Shown here piece by piece: positions 58,826 through 64,000 of a DNA stretch of 64,000 nt. Under the pieces are notes generated by a model, which worked only from the letters and a program-made list of their open reading frames with translations, was not told the DNA's origin and ran no database searches. Positions within the stretch are counted from its first letter, which is position 1; each line of letters starts with the position of its first letter. The position numbers and the translations under genes are program-made. Source of the stretch: Streptococcus mitis (GTDB lineage Bacteria; Bacillota; Bacilli; Lactobacillales; Streptococcaceae); contig CBDFAU010000001.1 in NCBI GenBank assembly GCA_965245755.1, positions 54,854 to 118,853 of the forward strand. The letters run 5' to 3'.

Positions 58826-59880
58826 CCAGTCACGGTAATCCCCAATAGGCGGACACCTTTTTCTTTCTCGCTTAATTCTTCATAGAGCTGCAGGGCTATT
58901 TGGTTTATATGACTAGCGTCCTGTGTTTTTTGAGCAAGACTTTTTCGTTTAGTAAGAGTTGAAAAATCCTCGTAGCGGATTTTCAAAATGACAATTTTTC
59001 CAACTTTTTCTTGTTGATGTAGATTGAGAGCGACTCTTTCTGATAGGAGAGTCAGCTCTTTTTTGATATCTTCCTCAGCACGGAGAATCTTCCCATAAGT
59101 TTTTTCCTTGCCGATTGATTTACGGATGCGATTGGATTTGACCGGGGAATTGTGGATGCCACGAGCCTTTCGATAAAGGTCATAACCTAGTCTACCAAAA
59201 CGGTCTATCAGGGTCACTTCAGGAACTTCAAGTAGGTCAGCGCCAGTAAAAATACCCATTTGATGAAGTCTTTTCACCGTCTTTTTTCCTACTCCATGAA
59301 ACTTGGAAATATCCATTTGTTTGAGAAAGTCCTCAGCCTGGTTAGGTAGAATCACTGTCAGACCATGTGGCTTTTGATAATCACTGGCCATTTTAGCTAA
59401 GAATTTGTTGTAGGAAACGCCAGCAGAAGCAGTCAGGTGCAGTTCTTGCCAGATATCTTTTTGAATGAGGCGAGCAATTTTGACCGCTGACTTGATGCCG
59501 AGTTTATTTTCTGTTACATCCAAATAGGCTTCGTCGATGCTCATGGGTTCAATCAAATCTGTATAGCGCTTAAAAATCGCTCGAATCTGGAGGCCAACAG
59601 CTTTATATTTTTCATAATTTCCTGAGATGAAGACGGCCTGGGGGCAACGTTCGTAGGCTTCTTTAGAACTCATGGCTGAATGGACACCAAAAGCTCGCGC
59701 CTCATAGCTACAAGTGGAAACGACACCACGCCCACCTGTTTGCCGAGGGTCGCTTCCGATAATGACAGGTTTTCCTCTAAGTTTAGGATTATCTCTGATT
59801 TCGACCGCAGCAAAAAAGGCATCCATGTCAATATGGATGATTTTTCTTGACAAATCATTTAATAAAGGAAAAATCAACAT
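58819..59880 (-). CDS. dinB: DNA polymerase IV (Y-family)
   Basis: 353 aa: [14 protein letters not shown]…SIDEAYLDV…. Confidence 0.92.
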   Translation of the reverse strand: MLIFPLLNDLSRKIIHIDMDAFFAAVEIRDNPKLRGKPVIIGSDPRQTGGRGVVSTCSYEARAFGVHSAMSSKEAYERCPQAVFISGNYEKYKAVGLQIRAIFKRYTDLIEPMSIDEAYLDVTENKLGIKSAVKIARLIQKDIWQELHLTASAGVSYNKFLAKMASDYQKPHGLTVILPNQAEDFLKQMDISKFHGVGKKTVKRLHQMGIFTGADLLEVPEVTLIDRFGRLGYDLYRKARGIHNSPVKSNRIRKSIGKEKTYGKILRAEEDIKKELTLLSERVALNLHQQEKVGKIVILKIRYEDFSTLTKRKSLAQKTQDASHINQIALQLYEELSEKEKGVRLLGITVTGF

Positions 59881-60034
59881 GCCTGGCCCCCCTTTTTACA
59901 GCTTATTTTCTTTTATTATACCCTTTTTTCTGAAAAAAGGAAAAAAGGGTAAATTTTTTTCAAAAATATAATACAGTTTGGGGTGAAATATAGACTGTTT
60001 TAGAAAAGAAAGTGTAAAAACAGGGATTTTTCGC

Positions 60035-60064
60035 TTGTTGAAATCGGTTACTGTGTGGTATACT
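60035..60064 (+). promoter_or_regulatory. pflB promoter with an overlapping cre-like site
   Basis: TGAAATCGGTTACT (60039-60052) matches 13 of 14 positions of cre TGWAANCGNTNWCA. Extended -10 TGGTATACT (60056-60064). Confidence 0.45.
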
Positions 60065-60120
60065 TGTCTCATGAATGTAACAGATGACTGTTACTAGAAA
60101 GAAAAAAAGAGGACATTAAC

Positions 60121-62445
60121 ATGGTTGTTAAGACAGTTGTTGAAGCACAAGATATTTTTGACAAAGCTTGGGAAGGCTTCAAAGGCGTAGATTGGAAAGA
60201 AAAAGCAAGTGTATCACGCTTCGTACAAGCTAACTACACGCCTTATGATGGAGACGAAAGCTTCCTTGCAGGACCAACAGAACGTTCACTTCACATCAAA
60301 AAGATTGTAGAAGAAACTAAGGCTCACTACGAAGAAACTCGTTTCCCAATGGACACTCGTCCAACTTCTATCGCTGACATTCCAGCAGGATTTATCGATA
60401 AAGAAAACGAAGTTATCTTTGGTATCCAAAATGACGAACTCTTCAAATTGAACTTCATGCCAAAAGGTGGTATCCGTATGGCTGAAACTACTTTGAAAGA
60501 AAATGGATACGAACCAGACCCAGCTGTTCACGAAATTTTCACTAAATACGTAACAACAGTTAACGACGGTATCTTCCGTGCTTACACTTCAAACATCCGT
60601 CGCGCTCGTCACGCTCACACTGTAACTGGTCTTCCAGATGCATACTCACGCGGACGTATCATCGGTGTTTACGCACGTCTTGCCCTTTACGGTGCAGACT
60701 ACTTGATGCAAGAAAAAGTAAACGACTGGAATGCAATCGAAGAAATCGATGAAGAAACAATCCGTCTTCGTGAAGAAATCAACCTTCAATACCAAGCGTT
60801 GCAACAAGTTGTTCGCTTGGGTGATCTTTACGGAGTTGACGTTCGCAAACCAGCGATGAACGTTAAAGAAGCAATCCAATGGGTTAACATCGCCTTCATG
60901 TCTGTCTGCCGTGTTATCAACGGTGCTGCAACATCTTTAGGTCGTGTGCCAATCGTACTGGACATCTTTGCAGAACGTGACCTTGCTCGTGGTACATTTA
61001 CTGAATCAGAAATCCAAGAATTCGTTGATGATTTCGTTATGAAACTTCGTACAGTTAAATTTGCTCGTACAAAAGCTTATGACCAATTGTACTCAGGTGA
61101 CCCAACTTTCATCACAACTTCTATGGCTGGTATGGGTAACGACGGTCGTCACCGTGTTACTAAGATGGACTACCGTTTCTTGAACACTCTTGACAACATC
61201 GGTAACTCTCCAGAACCAAACTTGACAGTTCTTTGGACTGATAAATTGCCATACAACTTCCGTCGCTACTGTATGCACATGAGCCACAAACACTCTTCTA
61301 TCCAATACGAAGGTGTAACAACAATGGCTAAAGACGGATATGGTGAAATGAGCTGTATCTCATGCTGTGTGTCTCCACTTGACCCAGAAAATGAAGAACA
61401 ACGCCACAACATCCAGTACTTCGGTGCGCGTGTAAACGTATTGAAAGCCCTTCTTACTGGTTTGAACGGTGGTTACGACGATGTTCACAAAGACTACAAA
61501 GTATTTGACATCGAACCAATTCGTGACGAAGTTCTTGAATTTGAATCAGTTAAAGCTAACTTTGAAAAATCTCTTGACTGGTTGACTGACACTTATGTAG
61601 ATGCTTTGAATATCATCCACTACATGACTGATAAGTACAACTACGAAGCTGTTCAAATGGCCTTCTTGCCAACTAAACAACGTGCTAACATGGGATTTGG
61701 TATCTGTGGATTTGCTAACACTGTTGATACATTGTCAGCTATCAAATATGCTACAGTTAAACCAATCCGTGACGAAAACGGCTATATCTACGATTACGAA
61801 ACAATCGGTGAATACCCACGTTGGGGTGAAGATGACCCACGTTCAAACGAATTGGCAGAATGGTTGATCGAAGCTTACACAACTCGTCTACGTAGCCACA
61901 AACTTTACAAAGACGCTGAAGCTACAGTATCACTTTTGACAATCACATCTAACGTTGCTTACTCTAAACAAACTGGTAACTCACCAGTCCACAAAGGTGT
62001 ATACCTCAACGAAGATGGTTCTGTGAACTTGTCTAAACTTGAATTCTTCTCACCAGGTGCTAACCCATCTAATAAAGCTAAAGGTGGGTGGTTGCAAAAC
62101 TTGAACTCACTTTCTAGCCTTGACTTTAGTTATGCAGCTGATGGTATCTCATTGACAACTCAAGTTTCACCTCGCGCTCTTGGTAAGACTCGTGACGAAC
62201 AAGTTGATAACTTGGTAACAATCCTTGATGGTTACTTCGAAAACGGTGGACAACACGTTAACTTGAACGTTATGGACTTGAACGATGTTTACGAAAAAAT
62301 CATGTCAGGTGAAGATGTTATCGTACGTATCTCTGGATATTGTGTAAACACTAAATACCTCACTCCAGAACAAAAAACTGAATTGACACAACGTGTCTTC
62401 CACGAAGTTCTTTCAATGGATGATGCCTTGGATGCGTTGAGTTAA
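60121..62445 (+). CDS. pflB: Formate C-acetyltransferase (pyruvate formate-lyase)
   Basis: 774 aa with the active-site CCVSP and the glycyl-radical motif VRISGYCV near the C-terminus. Confidence 0.97.
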   Translation: MVVKTVVEAQDIFDKAWEGFKGVDWKEKASVSRFVQANYTPYDGDESFLAGPTERSLHIKKIVEETKAHYEETRFPMDTRPTSIADIPAGFIDKENEVIFGIQNDELFKLNFMPKGGIRMAETTLKENGYEPDPAVHEIFTKYVTTVNDGIFRAYTSNIRRARHAHTVTGLPDAYSRGRIIGVYARLALYGADYLMQEKVNDWNAIEEIDEETIRLREEINLQYQALQQVVRLGDLYGVDVRKPAMNVKEAIQWVNIAFMSVCRVINGAATSLGRVPIVLDIFAERDLARGTFTESEIQEFVDDFVMKLRTVKFARTKAYDQLYSGDPTFITTSMAGMGNDGRHRVTKMDYRFLNTLDNIGNSPEPNLTVLWTDKLPYNFRRYCMHMSHKHSSIQYEGVTTMAKDGYGEMSCISCCVSPLDPENEEQRHNIQYFGARVNVLKALLTGLNGGYDDVHKDYKVFDIEPIRDEVLEFESVKANFEKSLDWLTDTYVDALNIIHYMTDKYNYEAVQMAFLPTKQRANMGFGICGFANTVDTLSAIKYATVKPIRDENGYIYDYETIGEYPRWGEDDPRSNELAEWLIEAYTTRLRSHKLYKDAEATVSLLTITSNVAYSKQTGNSPVHKGVYLNEDGSVNLSKLEFFSPGANPSNKAKGGWLQNLNSLSSLDFSYAADGISLTTQVSPRALGKTRDEQVDNLVTILDGYFENGGQHVNLNVMDLNDVYEKIMSGEDVIVRISGYCVNTKYLTPEQKTELTQRVFHEVLSMDDALDALS

Positions 62446-62465
62446 GATTATATAAAATAATACAA

Positions 62466-62498
62466 AGAAGGACTAGTTAAAAGCTAGTTCTTCTTTTT
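62466..62498 (+). terminator. pflB terminator
   Basis: 11-bp stem AGAAGGACUAG/CUAGUUCUUCU (1 GU) with a 7-nt loop and a T-run. Confidence 0.7.
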
Positions 62499-62510
62499 GT
62501 AAAATTTATT

Positions 62511-62560
62511 GGTCAATTAAAGTCAAATTACTTGACCTTTTTTGACTAATGTAGTATATT
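62511..62560 (+). promoter_or_regulatory. CtsR operators overlapping a promoter upstream of clpL
   Basis: GGTCAAT-TAA-AGTCAAA at 62511-62527, and an inverted copy (AGTCAAA-AAA-GGTCAAG on the - strand) at 62531-62547. -35 TTGACC (62532-62537), a 17-nt spacer, and -10 TATATT (62555-62560). Confidence 0.55.
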
Positions 62561-62629
62561 ATGAACGTAAGGTAAATGAAAGCCTTACTAGAACACTTAT
62601 TTAAAGTAAAATAGAAAGAGGTGGGGTCT

Positions 62630-62719
62630 ATGTTTAATCTAGAAATCTTTAGAAGTAAAGATAGTCTACTCCTGCTTGAAAAAGAAAAACCAGAAATAGT
62701 ACGTAGAGTAGCGATTTAG
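62630..62719 (+). CDS. 29-codon ORF in the clpL leader (MFNLEIFRSKDSLLLLEKEKPEIVRRVAI); coding status uncertain
   Basis: RBS AAAGAGGTGGGG upstream of the ATG. Lies between the CtsR-controlled promoter and clpL. Confidence 0.25.
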   Translation: MFNLEIFRSKDSLLLLEKEKPEIVRRVAI

Positions 62720-62743
62720 CTAGTCTAAATTTTTTAAAATAAA

Positions 62744-62760
62744 AGTCAAAGATAGTCAAT
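62744..62760 (+). promoter_or_regulatory. Additional CtsR box just upstream of clpL
   Basis: AGTCAAA-GAT-AGTCAAT heptad direct repeat. Confidence 0.5.
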
Positions 62761-62801
62761 GTCAGTAATCATAACTAAGTAAATAAAAAGAGGTAAAGAA
62801 T

Positions 62802-64000
62802 ATGAACAACAACTTTAATAATTTTAACAACATGGATGATTTGTTTAACCAATTGATGGGTGGTATGCGAGGATACAGTTCTGAAAATCGCCGTTACTTG
62901 ATTAATGGACGTGAAGTCACACCTGAGGAATTTGCTCACTATCGTGCAACTGGTCAATTGCCAGGAAATGCAGAAGCTGATGGACAAATGAAACAACAGG
63001 CTTCAGGTATGAAACAAGATGGTGTCCTTGCTAAACTGGGTCGAAACTTGACAGCAGAAGCGCGTGAGGGCAAGTTGGATCCTGTTATCGGACGAAACAA
63101 GGAAATTCAAGAAACATCTGAAATTCTTTCACGCCGTACCAAGAACAATCCTGTTCTGGTTGGAGATGCAGGTGTTGGTAAGACAGCAGTTGTCGAAGGT
63201 CTAGCACAAGCTATTGTGAATGGTGATGTTCCAGCTGCTATTAAGAATAAGGAAATTATTTCCATTGATATTTCTGGACTTGAAGCTGGTACTCAATACC
63301 GCGGTAGTTTTGAAGAAAACGTTCAAAACTTAGTCAATGAAGTGAAAGAAGCGGGAAATATCATTCTCTTCTTTGATGAAATTCACCAAATACTTGGTGC
63401 TGGATCTACTGGAGGTGACAGTGGTTCTAAGGGACTTGCGGATATTCTTAAGCCAGCCCTATCTCGTGGGGAATTGACCGTTATTGGGGCAACGACTCAA
63501 GACGAATACCGTAACACCATCTTGAAGAATGCGGCTCTTGCTCGTCGTTTCAATGAAGTCAAAGTCAATGCTCCTTCAGCAGAGGATACATATAAAATCC
63601 TTCAAGGAATTCGTGATCTCTATCAACAACATCACAATGTCATCTTGCCAGACGAAGTCTTGAAAGCAGCGGTAGATTATTCAGTCCAATACATTCCTCA
63701 ACGTAGCTTGCCAGATAAGGCTATCGACCTTGTCGATGTTACGGCGGCTCACTTGGCAGCTCAGCATCCAGTAACAGATGTTCATGCTGTTGAACGTGAA
63801 ATTGAGGCAGAAAAAGACAAGCAAGAAAAAGCAGTTGAGGCAGAAGATTTTGAAGCAGCTCTAAACTATAAAACACGCATTGCAGAATTGGAAAAGAAAA
63901 TCGAAAACCATACAGAAGATATGAAAGTGACTGCAAGTGTCAACGATGTGGCTGAATCTGTAGAACGAATGACGGGTATCCCAGTATCACAAATGGGAGC
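62802..64000 (+). CDS. clpL: ATP-dependent Clp ATPase ClpL, 5' part (runs off the window end)
   Basis: [21 protein letters not shown]… N-terminus, first AAA module ([23 protein letters not shown]). RBS AGAGGTAAAG. No stop before position 64000. Confidence 0.9.
   Translation, partial: MNNNFNNFNNMDDLFNQLMGGMRGYSSENRRYLINGREVTPEEFAHYRATGQLPGNAEADGQMKQQASGMKQDGVLAKLGRNLTAEAREGKLDPVIGRNKEIQETSEILSRRTKNNPVLVGDAGVGKTAVVEGLAQAIVNGDVPAAIKNKEIISIDISGLEAGTQYRGSFEENVQNLVNEVKEAGNIILFFDEIHQILGAGSTGGDSGSKGLADILKPALSRGELTVIGATTQDEYRNTILKNAALARRFNEVKVNAPSAEDTYKILQGIRDLYQQHHNVILPDEVLKAAVDYSVQYIPQRSLPDKAIDLVDVTAAHLAAQHPVTDVHAVEREIEAEKDKQEKAVEAEDFEAALNYKTRIAELEKKIENHTEDMKVTASVNDVAESVERMTGIPVSQMG

Noticed and set aside
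59714-59971. 85-aa + strand ORF at the dinB 5' end
   Set aside because: It is antisense to the conserved dinB N-terminus and extends into the promoter region. No RBS.

Overview
The window has two parts, annotated by eye from the sequence and ORF track with no database searches. (1) Positions 1 to about 31300 are the right-hand ~31 kb of a temperate siphovirus-type prophage, all on the + strand. It runs through a replication module (Sak4-like ATPase, DUF669, SF2 helicase, Dam-like methyltransferase, primase-helicase fusion, putative ori, RusA), a late regulator, a phage tRNA-Trp, terminase small and large subunits, and an SPP1-type portal. Next comes a gp7-type head morphogenesis protein with a C-terminal ADP-ribosyltransferase domain, a 3-ORF moron cassette, scaffold, capsid, connector and tail genes, a tail chaperone with a -1 frameshift site, and the tape measure. 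It ends with a tail fibre carrying an S74 chaperone domain, a second fibre module, a holin and a Cpl-1-like choline-binding lysozyme. The integrase, lysogeny module and attL lie outside the window. (2) Positions ~31300-64000 are core chromosome of a mitis-group Streptococcus, supported by the choline-binding lysin, a BOX element and the gene content. The genes are a MarR regulator with a heterodimeric ABC exporter, a PAP2 phosphatase, a LytTR regulator with a LiaF-like membrane protein, and rpmB-asp23-fakA. These are followed by two tiny membrane proteins with an ABC-2 transporter and a HisKA_3 kinase/NarL regulator, rpsL-rpsG-fusA, ilvBN-BOX-ilvC-ilvA, and an ORF-poor AT-rich spacer. The window closes with an amino-acid ABC transporter (- strand), DUF2207, uppP, dinB (- strand), pflB and the 5' part of clpL. 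No CRISPR array, rRNA or IS transposase was seen. The best leads for something new are the virion-protein/ADP-ribosyltransferase fusion with the translationally coupled moron cassette after it, the LytTR/membrane-protein pair with 21-bp-phased direct repeats, the tandem long-hairpin repeats between rpsG and fusA, and the decayed AT-rich spacer after ilvA that keeps a consensus promoter and a 15-codon ORF.
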